64,000 bases of DNA from a virus (taxonomy: Duplodnaviria > Caudoviricetes): the IMG/VR virus record IMGVR_UViG_3300049595_005065; one strand, 5' to 3'. The notes below the pieces were generated by a model. It was not told the origin of the DNA and searched no databases. It worked only from the letters and a program-made list of their open reading frames with translations. The translations under genes were made by a program, and so were the position numbers. Shown here piece by piece: positions 1-7,748 of the stretch; position 1 is the first letter of the stretch, and every line of letters starts with the position of its first letter.

Positions 1-2
1 CC

Positions 3-137
3 GAGAACCTTTCCACGCATATCTGTGAAACCACCGGGCGCCCGGGTCAGCTTTGCCGCAAGCCCAGTGGTTGGTTCGTAACGCTTTGCTCCGAAGAGGC
101 CGAGAAGATTCAAGCCGTGCCGTACAAATCTATTTAG
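3..137 (+). CDS. 3' end of a small phage protein (partial, runs in from window start)
   Basis: Frame 3 reads ENLSTHICETTGRPGQLCRKPSGWFVTLCSEEAEKIQAVPYKSI-TAG; the ICExxGxPG...GWxxTLC pattern is recalled from small phage proteins. Confidence 0.6.
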   Translation, partial: ENLSTHICETTGRPGQLCRKPSGWFVTLCSEEAEKIQAVPYKSI

Positions 138-163
138 TTTTTTATTTGTGACAGGGAGGTTTC

Positions 164-1198
164 GTGTTTGGTATTGAACAGGACCGTATGAAAGATTGGA
201 GAATCGCCAGCGTGAGCACACGCACTGCGCAGCGATTCTCCATTCGGTACGTCCTTTATCCGGCGTCGGTGTTACGGCGCCACAGCAAAGAAATGCGCTT
301 CGAGTGCATCGTGCGCATGGTCCATCGTGTTCACGGTCTCTGGTTTCGCCGCGTCAAGGACCTGATCACCAACCGCATGTGGCAGCCTGGCGACCTGCAC
401 GCAACCCGGAGCTCGCAACTGTTCACGTTTCGGCGGGTCATGAACTGCCGCCCGTCCAGCGTGTACTTTCGGTTCGGCAACACCGGACGGCTGCGCCCCT
501 GCAAGCAGCACCGCGTGTGTCCGTTCTGCTGGGGCCGCGTCGCGGCACTCCTGTACCGGCGTTTCAAGCGGCGGATCACCAGCGCGCGCAAGACGCACGA
601 CAAGCTGGTGCTGACGTGTCGCGTGGTCACGTATCCCGTGCGCGTCAAGAACTTCAACAACGCGCAGGGCCTCAGCCCGGAAGAAATGCTCGCCCAGGCG
701 CGCCGTCTTCGAGACCTCTTCACCAAGCAGCGCGCGGATTACCGGCAGCTGGTGAAACAACTCCAGCGCAAAACCGTTGGTTCAGCCTGGCGGGTACTGG
801 TCAATCCGCAGGAGGACGGCTGGAACATTGAGGTCCGCCAGCTGTTTCTGGCCCGGCCCCGCGCACAGCTCCCGAGGATCAAATGGCGCGGCGCCAAGAC
901 GACGCTGCTGGAGTCCGTCAAGTTTTCCGACGACGAGCGGATCTACGCCCTGCTGGGCGCGTTCATGACGTATCCTGCGGGCCTGCTGACCGCGTATGCC
1001 GAGCTGACGGCCGTCTATCTGCAGGCCAGCTACGGACTGCGGCTGGCAAGCGGCACGGGCGTGTTTCGCACCTGCGGCGATGGACTGTGCAAGGCGTTCA
1101 AGAAGGACAAGCTCCATGGCGAAGCGACCACAACTCCGGAAGCAAAGAAAGAAGGCAGTGATGTCCTCGACTTTGCTGAGGATCCAGTACCTGTGTGA
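164..1198 (+). CDS. Hypothetical basic protein with Zn-binding CxxxRxCPFC motif; distant Rep_1/IS91-like fold possible
   Basis: GGGAGG RBS before GTG; CKQHRVCPFC motif; no HUH histidines. Confidence 0.6.
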   Translation: MFGIEQDRMKDWRIASVSTRTAQRFSIRYVLYPASVLRRHSKEMRFECIVRMVHRVHGLWFRRVKDLITNRMWQPGDLHATRSSQLFTFRRVMNCRPSSVYFRFGNTGRLRPCKQHRVCPFCWGRVAALLYRRFKRRITSARKTHDKLVLTCRVVTYPVRVKNFNNAQGLSPEEMLAQARRLRDLFTKQRADYRQLVKQLQRKTVGSAWRVLVNPQEDGWNIEVRQLFLARPRAQLPRIKWRGAKTTLLESVKFSDDERIYALLGAFMTYPAGLLTAYAELTAVYLQASYGLRLASGTGVFRTCGDGLCKAFKKDKLHGEATTTPEAKKEGSDVLDFAEDPVPV

Positions 1199-2255
1199 GC
1201 GGCATTTCGGCGGCAACATCGGCGCCTTTGCGCGGGCCGTCAAGATCCACCGCGAAACAGCGTCCGATATCCTGCGCGGCAAGACCACGCCCCAGATGCT
1301 GGTCCTGATCAAGCTGATTCGTTCCCGCCTGGTGAACGCCGAGTGGCTGCTCTGCGGCACGGGGCCCATCAGTCCGGACGAGCCCGGAGACGCGCTGCCA
1401 CACTTTGCGCTGGCCAGTGAGATCAACAGCTCGCACGCGTTTCTCGACAGCGCAGCGGTGCAGTTTGTGATTCCGCGACCCGTCCAGGCGCCCCGCGCGC
1501 CTGGTTCCGGCAAACTGACCAACGACGCCCTGCTGCAGGCGCGCCTCATCCACCAGGCGAGAAGCCACCACAAGCCCGTCGTGCTGTTTCTTGGCCGCGA
1601 GGCCGTTGAACAGAATGTCGGGCCTGTCGTGGTTCAACTGCTGCGCAAGGGTTACGTCACCGGCGTGGCGCTCAGCAGTGCCGCGGCCGCCCTGGACTTT
1701 GAGCAGGCGATTTTTGGCGGGCACCTGCCGGACAGCTCGCGGCGCGCCGAGATGGCGGAGCTGAACCGCGCCGCCGTGCGGGGCGCGCAGTCTGGCCTGG
1801 GCTACGGCGAAGCGCTGGGCCGCTGGAGTTACCCGGCCAGCGCACAGCGCGACCAGAGCGTGATTGCGGTAGCGTACGAACTGAACGTGCCCGCCACGAT
1901 TCATCTGGCGCTCGGAGACACTCCGGCGCATTTCTTTCCGGCCAACAACGCCGCCGAACTGGGCGCGGCGCTGGGGGCCGTGAGTTACGTGGACACGCTG
2001 ATCTTTGCCGAGGAGGTCCGGCAGATGGCGGGCACGCCCAGCGGCGTGTTCCTGGCCGCCGACACCGGCGGGCACAGCGCGCAACTGTTTGCCAACGTAC
2101 TGGAGGCCGTGCATAGCGATAAAGAAACCCACATCAACGACTCGACATTGTCCGTGATCGGCAGGGAGTACCGGCATACGCTCCCTGCGCTACTGACCGC
2201 ATGTGATGCCGTTTACGACGGGAGTGCAGATGACAACAGATTGCGTCGGAAGTGA
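1161..2255 (+). CDS. XRE/CI-type HTH fused to a deoxyhypusine-synthase-like (DHS-like) domain
   Basis: N-terminal GNIGAFARAVKIHRETASDILRGKT...VNAEWLLCGTG; C-terminal KPVVLFLG...GYVTGVAL...GLGYGEALG...SVIAVAYELNVPATIHLALG resembles bacterial DHS-like proteins. Confidence 0.6.
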   Translation: MSSTLLRIQYLCERHFGGNIGAFARAVKIHRETASDILRGKTTPQMLVLIKLIRSRLVNAEWLLCGTGPISPDEPGDALPHFALASEINSSHAFLDSAAVQFVIPRPVQAPRAPGSGKLTNDALLQARLIHQARSHHKPVVLFLGREAVEQNVGPVVVQLLRKGYVTGVALSSAAAALDFEQAIFGGHLPDSSRRAEMAELNRAAVRGAQSGLGYGEALGRWSYPASAQRDQSVIAVAYELNVPATIHLALGDTPAHFFPANNAAELGAALGAVSYVDTLIFAEEVRQMAGTPSGVFLAADTGGHSAQLFANVLEAVHSDKETHINDSTLSVIGREYRHTLPALLTACDAVYDGSADDNRLRRK

Positions 2256-3357
2256 CGTACTAGACGATTTCCTGAAGGTGGCAGCGCCCGCGTCAAAGGA
2301 CAGCCACCGATTGATGCTTGCCGCCGCGCTGCTGGAGGTTCTCCGGCTAGCGGGCAGCGAGTCAAAGACCCCGGGTATCGCCCGGGCCAAAATGGTCACG
2401 GCGGCAGAGCAGCTGGCCGCTTATGACTTTTCGGGGCTCACGTTCTCGATTACCCGCGCCACGCGCAGCGACACCATCAAAGATATCTTTGACCAGGTCG
2501 GCACGCCCCCGGAACAGCGCGACCGCGTGATCCTTGAAGCCCTGCGCCAGTTCGTGAACGTGGTGCAGCTCGAGCCCGAGGTCTCCAGCCAGGAGCTGTT
2601 CAACCAGCTCGTGGCCGAAGCGGCCATAGGCTTCAACGCCCCGCCGCTCCCAGCGCCACCTCCCACGCCGCCGGTTCGCGTGGCAAAGAAAGCGCCGGAG
2701 CTGTCGCAGTCCAAGAACCTCTCCGGCGTGTTCCAGGCGGCCAAGTTCTCGCCCGAGGGTAGCCCCGCCGTGGAGCTGCTCAACTGGCAAAGCGAGTATC
2801 CGGACGCCAAGGGCCTGGGTCCGCAGCTTGCGGCGCTCGCGCTGGCTGAGACAGGCGGCGAGATGAAGATCCTCACGGAGACCGGCGAGTTCGTCTGGCT
2901 GCCCAAGGAAACGTTCCTGCTCGCCAAGGCGGCACCCGAGGAGTACGCCATGGTGCCTCCAGCGCTGTTGGCCAGCGCCCGCATTGCCGCGCCGTGGAAC
3001 TGGACCGCCGATGGTGACATGGAGGCGCGATATGACGCGCGCTTTGGCCGTTTTACGCAGCCTGTTCTGTTTGCCAGCTACGGCCCCGACTTTGTGGGCG
3101 CGCTGCAAGACGTCTTCGATCGACCTGGTAATTACCCGCCGGGGAGCGCTGTCGCAGTCACGCTCAACGTTGACGGAACTCCATATTCCGTTACGCTGGA
3201 CGCCCGTGTTTCCAAAACAGGTCCTTACGTGACGGCAAAGCTGCTGGACGCCAGCGAGAACATCGTGATGCGGCTTGACACGCCCCGCCAGTTCTCGCCG
3301 CGGGGCGTATATTTGTTTCCACTGCCGGAAACGGCTGTCGCGCTACTGGTGTTTTAA
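2230..3357 (+). CDS. Hypothetical protein
   Basis: GGAG RBS, ATG at 2230, stop coupled to next start. Confidence 0.7.
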   Translation: MTTDCVGSDVLDDFLKVAAPASKDSHRLMLAAALLEVLRLAGSESKTPGIARAKMVTAAEQLAAYDFSGLTFSITRATRSDTIKDIFDQVGTPPEQRDRVILEALRQFVNVVQLEPEVSSQELFNQLVAEAAIGFNAPPLPAPPPTPPVRVAKKAPELSQSKNLSGVFQAAKFSPEGSPAVELLNWQSEYPDAKGLGPQLAALALAETGGEMKILTETGEFVWLPKETFLLAKAAPEEYAMVPPALLASARIAAPWNWTADGDMEARYDARFGRFTQPVLFASYGPDFVGALQDVFDRPGNYPPGSAVAVTLNVDGTPYSVTLDARVSKTGPYVTAKLLDASENIVMRLDTPRQFSPRGVYLFPLPETAVALLVF

Positions 3358-4880
3358 TGCCGTATCGGCCACCTAAAGTGCTTGTGCTGGGCGACCTGAT
3401 GCTCGATCTGTGGATTTCCACGCGAGCCCGGGCTGCCAATCCGGAAGGTGCGGCGATGATCGCGACCGGTTCGTCCGAGGAGCGCGACGCGACGCTCGGC
3501 GGAGCCGGACTGGTCGCGAGCCTGCTGCGCAGTATCGGGCTGCGGGTCAAGGTCATGGGAAAGCTCGGAAACGACACCCAGGGCGCCACGGTCCACGCGC
3601 TGCTCCACGAGTTCGGCCTGGGTTGCAAGAACATCACGTTCGCCGACGACGTCGTTACGCCCGCAAAGATGCGTTTCATCAACGAGCACGGTGTGGTGGC
3701 GTACCGCTACGACGAAGAGCGGGCCCAGGCAGAGTATCTGGCCGACAACTCCAGTCACTTTGACTTCGATCTGTTCAGCAAGCACGCGGAGCTGGCCGAC
3801 ATTGTGGTCGTCGCCGATTACGGCAAAGGCTACTGCCAGACGCACGGCAGGAAAATCATCGAGGCGGCCCGCTACTACCGGGCCCTGACGGTGGTCGGCG
3901 CCAAACCGGCCGTGCTGGCCGAGTACGAGGGGGCGGACGTCGTCAAGGTCAACGCCGCCGAGGCCCGAGAGTTTCTCGAGCTGCAGGGTCTGCCCTGGTC
4001 GGCCGACCGGCACGAGACGGTCAAGATGCTCTGCGAGCGCATGAACTGCGCAGTCGCCGTGATGACCGCCTCGCGCAACGGCGCGGTGTACGCCCTGCGC
4101 CTGGGCGACTCGGGCTACATGACGTTCCACACGGCGGCCAAGCCCTGCTTTCCCAGCGTCGTCAATTGCGTCGGCGCGGGAGACGCGTTCATGGCCGGAT
4201 TCGTGGCTGATCTCGTGCTGCCTCCCAAGGCCAGGCGGCGCATCGAGCTGCTCAAGCTCCATACGGCCGTGGCTGCGGGTGCCGCAACGGCTGCCCAGTA
4301 CCTGACCCGCGGTTACCCTGAGATCGATCCCGCCACGCCGTTTCTTGCGGCTTACAACCGGCGCGTCGAGCTGCTCAGTGCCGCGAAGATTGTTCCGTTC
4401 GACCAGGCCGCCGCGCTCTGCCAGGCCTGGCGGTCGACAAACGAAACCGTTGTCTTCACCAACGGTTGTTTTGACCTGCTCCATCACGGGCACGTCAGCC
4501 TGCTCGAACAGGCCAAGCAGCAGGGCAAGCGGCTGGTCGTCGCCGTCAACAGCGACCAGAGCGTGCGCCTGCTCAAGGGGGCCCAGCGCCCCGTGCAAAG
4601 TTTCGAAACCCGCGCCAAGGTGCTTGCGAGCCTTGGCTGCGTCGATGCGGTGGTGATGCTCGACGAAGACGATTTCGCCGCGCAACCAGCGCTGCGCGCC
4701 ATGATCACGGAGTTCGTCCCGGACGTCCTGGTCAAGGGCGCGCAATACAAGGAGGAGGACATCGTCGGTTTCGAGGAGATGGTAAATCGCGACTCCCCGG
4801 GCCGAATCTGGCGTTGTCCGATGGTGGACAACATCAGCACCACAAGCACAGTCGAAAGAATTCACAATGCCCAGCGATAA
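3357..4880 (+). CDS. hldE: Bifunctional heptose-7-phosphate kinase / heptose-1-phosphate nucleotidyltransferase (HldE/RfaE-like)
   Basis: PfkB motifs VLVLGDLMLD and GAGDAFMAG; nucleotidyltransferase motifs TNGCFDLLHHGH, VAVNSDQSVRLLKG..RP and VLVKG. Confidence 0.9.
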   Translation: MPYRPPKVLVLGDLMLDLWISTRARAANPEGAAMIATGSSEERDATLGGAGLVASLLRSIGLRVKVMGKLGNDTQGATVHALLHEFGLGCKNITFADDVVTPAKMRFINEHGVVAYRYDEERAQAEYLADNSSHFDFDLFSKHAELADIVVVADYGKGYCQTHGRKIIEAARYYRALTVVGAKPAVLAEYEGADVVKVNAAEAREFLELQGLPWSADRHETVKMLCERMNCAVAVMTASRNGAVYALRLGDSGYMTFHTAAKPCFPSVVNCVGAGDAFMAGFVADLVLPPKARRRIELLKLHTAVAAGAATAAQYLTRGYPEIDPATPFLAAYNRRVELLSAAKIVPFDQAAALCQAWRSTNETVVFTNGCFDLLHHGHVSLLEQAKQQGKRLVVAVNSDQSVRLLKGAQRPVQSFETRAKVLASLGCVDAVVMLDEDDFAAQPALRAMITEFVPDVLVKGAQYKEEDIVGFEEMVNRDSPGRIWRCPMVDNISTTSTVERIHNAQR

Positions 4881-5130
4881 TTTTGATTTTGGCGGACATA
4901 TCGAGGACGACACCGACGTTTCGCCACGCCGCTACGCCGACGATGAAGAAGTTGCGCTGTCGCCGTACGGTCTGCTCATCAACCGGATCGGTTTTCAGCG
5001 CGGCCGGGAGATCTACGACGCCATGGTGCGAATTGCCAACAGAGCCGTGGAAGAACACGGCGGCAAACCGGGCGTCGTTTTTGATGTTGACGGCGGCCGA
5101 TTTGTAGCGATCAACGAGCCTGGCGCGTAA
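4867..5130 (+). CDS. Small hypothetical protein
   Basis: 87-aa ORF coupled to hldE. Confidence 0.6.
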   Translation: MPSDNFDFGGHIEDDTDVSPRRYADDEEVALSPYGLLINRIGFQRGREIYDAMVRIANRAVEEHGGKPGVVFDVDGGRFVAINEPGA

Positions 5131-5138
5131 ACCGGAGA

Positions 5139-5741
5139 GTGACGATGTACCTGTTCCTGGACACGGAAACGGGCGGCCTGGAAACGCACAACAGCCTGCT
5201 CACCGTGGCGGCGATTGTCGCAGACCGCGAGTTCCGCCCGCTTCGTGGCGGGACGGCGGAAGACACGCTTTACCTGGAGATCCGCCACCCAACATACATC
5301 GTCACTCCCGAGGCGATTACGATCAACAAGATCGACTTGGTGCACCACAGCGCCCGCGGGCTCAAACTGCCCGAGGCGCAGCAGAAGTTCGCCGAGTTTC
5401 TCCAGCGCGCGCACCAGCTGTGCGGACAGAAGCTCATTCCGGGCGGGCACAACCTGACCTTCGACATCGGCTTCATCTGGGAGCAATTGATGTACGAGCA
5501 GGAGTGGAAAAAATACGTCACGCACCCCGCGCTGGACACGGCGATCGTGGCGCAGTTCTTCAACGCGGCGGGCGTTCTCAGCTGCCGTTGCAACCTGACG
5601 GCGGTCTGCGAAGCCCTGGGCATTCCGCTGGAGAATGCGCACAACGCCATGGTGGACACCAAAGCGAGTCTTGAAGTGGCTCGTACGCTCAGCCTGTTGG
5701 CGCGACCGGCGCCCCAGGAATCAAGGCTGGCCGAAGTCTAA
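5139..5741 (+). CDS. DEDDh 3'-5' exonuclease (DnaQ/RNase T-like)
   Basis: ExoI LFLDTETGGL, ExoII GHNLTFD, ExoIII HNAMVDT. Confidence 0.9.
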   Translation: MTMYLFLDTETGGLETHNSLLTVAAIVADREFRPLRGGTAEDTLYLEIRHPTYIVTPEAITINKIDLVHHSARGLKLPEAQQKFAEFLQRAHQLCGQKLIPGGHNLTFDIGFIWEQLMYEQEWKKYVTHPALDTAIVAQFFNAAGVLSCRCNLTAVCEALGIPLENAHNAMVDTKASLEVARTLSLLARPAPQESRLAEV

Positions 5742-5743
5742 AG

Positions 5744-5822
5744 CCGCACGTGTCGGCTCGGCACCCAAGTCGTGAGTGGGTCATAACCACGAGGTCAGTA
5801 GCGTTTCATTTGCTTCGTTCTA
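5744..5822 (+). pseudogene. Degenerate tRNA-Met(CAT)-like sequence
   Basis: D-like stem CGGC/GTCG; anticodon arm GTGG-GTCATAA-CCAC followed by GAGGTC; T arm and acceptor poorly paired. Confidence 0.3.
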
Positions 5823-5864
5823 AACGCGTACTGGAAGTCGTAACAAGGAAGGATCCTGTGGCGC

Positions 5865-5928
5865 GGGCCCCGGGCGCAATTCGGTTGCGCGGAGTATCTC
5901 CTCCAGGTTCAAATCCTGGCGGGGCTCA
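5865..5928 (+). ncRNA. tRNA-like cloverleaf with a truncated anticodon arm
   Basis: 8-bp acceptor GGGCCCCG/CGGGGCTC (one G-U); 1-nt linker; D arm GCGC-AATTCGGTT-GCGC; mini arm GGAG-TAT-CTCC; canonical T arm CCAGG-TTCAAAT-CCTGG; no encoded CCA. Confidence 0.65.
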
Positions 5929-5951
5929 TTACAGAACAGGCAGGCTAATCA

Positions 5952-6560
5952 ATGCACCCTAACTTTCGCCACATGTCGCCGCAAGAAGTCCAGTTCATCC
6001 GTGCTTATGCGCTGGCATTGAAGAGGCATTTTGGCGAGTTTTGCAGCGCGCTGCACCTTATGCGAACGGACGTTGGCGTGAAATGCCCCGTGCGGGCGGC
6101 AGCGCTTGCGCGGGAATTGGAGGAATTTCAGGCACAGTTTGAGCACGCGATGACTGCAGTTGCCGACAAGCACCAGCCAAAAGTGAAAGAGCTGCCGGAG
6201 TTTCCCGGTGTTGATGCTTTGGTGCAGTTAATTCAAATCTCGTTCTTTGCCGTCAGCGACGAAAAGAACTCGGCCAAGTTTGACGGGCACTCGGGCTGGT
6301 ACAGCGGGCATCCGCTTTCCTGGGAAACCATCTGGGAAAAAGAACACAATCCGCAGGAACCGCCGCCCAAAGCTGGACAACCAATGACGGCCATCCTAAA
6401 CGCTTTCTTCAAGCTGCTTGGGTTTTCGAGCACGATCAACCATGTTCCGGGTTTTCCCTACAAAAAGTTGCCGCCGCCAGAAATGCACCAGAGCTACGAG
6501 GACGATTACGACGAGGACGAAGACGACAACAACTTTGATTACTACACTGACGAGGGCTAA
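5952..6560 (+). CDS. Hypothetical protein with acidic C-terminus
   Basis: 202-aa ORF from the ORF track. Confidence 0.65.
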   Translation: MHPNFRHMSPQEVQFIRAYALALKRHFGEFCSALHLMRTDVGVKCPVRAAALARELEEFQAQFEHAMTAVADKHQPKVKELPEFPGVDALVQLIQISFFAVSDEKNSAKFDGHSGWYSGHPLSWETIWEKEHNPQEPPPKAGQPMTAILNAFFKLLGFSSTINHVPGFPYKKLPPPEMHQSYEDDYDEDEDDNNFDYYTDEG

Positions 6561-6563
6561 AAC

Positions 6564-7748
6564 GTGACTTCGCTGTTTGTGTTTACCGCCGACCTTCACC
6601 TGGAGGACGGCGCCTGGAGCACCAGGCCCAGCATTTACGGCGACGCGTATTACAGCTTCGCCCAGATCGTGGACTACTGCATCGAGAAGCGGCTGCCCCT
6701 GATCCTGGGCGGCGACGTGCTCGAGAAGAAGAGCAACTCCGCCCGGCCGATCGCCAAACTCTGCGAAGGCTTGTCCCGGATGCAGCAGGCTGGCGTGCCG
6801 GTCTACTACATCCAGGGCAATCACGAGTACGACCGCAACGCCCCCTGGCTGTCGGTCCATCCCTGGCCGCAGCACATCCACAGGCAGAGCGTGGAGATCC
6901 AGGGCCATCCGGTCTACGGCCTGGACTGGCTGCCCCGCGGCGAGATTCAGGAGGCCTTCAAGGCGGTGCCCGAGCGCACGCACATCCTGATCACGCACCA
7001 GGTCTGGGAGGACCTGATGAAGGGCCTGGGCCGCACCGAGTGCAGCATCGCCGACGTCCACAACGTCCGCACTGTGCTGGCTGGCGACTTCCACGTCACG
7101 ACGACGGTCGAGGGCATCAACGCCGACGGCCTTCGCACCGAGATGCTCTCGCCCGGCTCAATCTGCATGCAGGACTTGGGCGAGTGCCCGACCAAGTACT
7201 TCTTCGTGATCAACCGGAAGGAAGAAGGCGGCTTCGAGTTCGAAGCGCAAAAGCTGCGTACACGGCCGTTTTTGAACTACGCAGTCAAGGAGCAGGAGCT
7301 GCTGGACCGCCTCTGTGCCGGTGAGTTGGCGACGACCATCGCCGAGGCGCAGGCGCAATGCTCGAATGTCGAGCGCGTCCTGGGCATCGACAAGCCGATC
7401 GTCCGGATCAAGTTCGACAAGCGGCTTCCCGACGCGTTCCTGCGGCTGACCACGGCCGTGGGCGACTCGGCGCACCTGTTCTGCGAGGCTTTGGCCGACA
7501 AAAACGCGGTGCAGCAAAGCAAGAACAACAACCGCGACGGCGCCCGCAACGACGTGCTGGCGGCCCTCTCCGACCTGCTCGGCGCAGACTCGGAGGAGTA
7601 CAAACTCGCCGAGCGCCTGGTCCGGGCCGAAGATCCGGGCAAGGAACTCGAGGCGTTTTTCAACGCGTTTTTCACCGAGGAGGTTCCCTGTGCAATTGTT
7701 GAGACTGGAAGTTCGGAACTGGGTACACCATCGCCAGCGGGTGTGTGA
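6564..7748 (+). CDS. sbcD: SbcD/Mre11-like metallophosphoesterase nuclease
   Basis: Motifs ADLHL, GGDV, QGNHE, ITHQ and AGDFH; adjacent to SbcC. Confidence 0.9.
   Translation: MTSLFVFTADLHLEDGAWSTRPSIYGDAYYSFAQIVDYCIEKRLPLILGGDVLEKKSNSARPIAKLCEGLSRMQQAGVPVYYIQGNHEYDRNAPWLSVHPWPQHIHRQSVEIQGHPVYGLDWLPRGEIQEAFKAVPERTHILITHQVWEDLMKGLGRTECSIADVHNVRTVLAGDFHVTTTVEGINADGLRTEMLSPGSICMQDLGECPTKYFFVINRKEEGGFEFEAQKLRTRPFLNYAVKEQELLDRLCAGELATTIAEAQAQCSNVERVLGIDKPIVRIKFDKRLPDAFLRLTTAVGDSAHLFCEALADKNAVQQSKNNNRDGARNDVLAALSDLLGADSEEYKLAERLVRAEDPGKELEAFFNAFFTEEVPCAIVETGSSELGTPSPAGV

Noticed and set aside
16-26. GCATATCTG resembling the promoter -10 box
   Set aside because: It lies in the coding frame of the partial first gene, and any -35 box would be outside the window.
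5742-5950. A true 16S rRNA gene or rRNA contamination
   Set aside because: Only short motifs match; the region is about 200 nt and is flanked by coupled phage genes.
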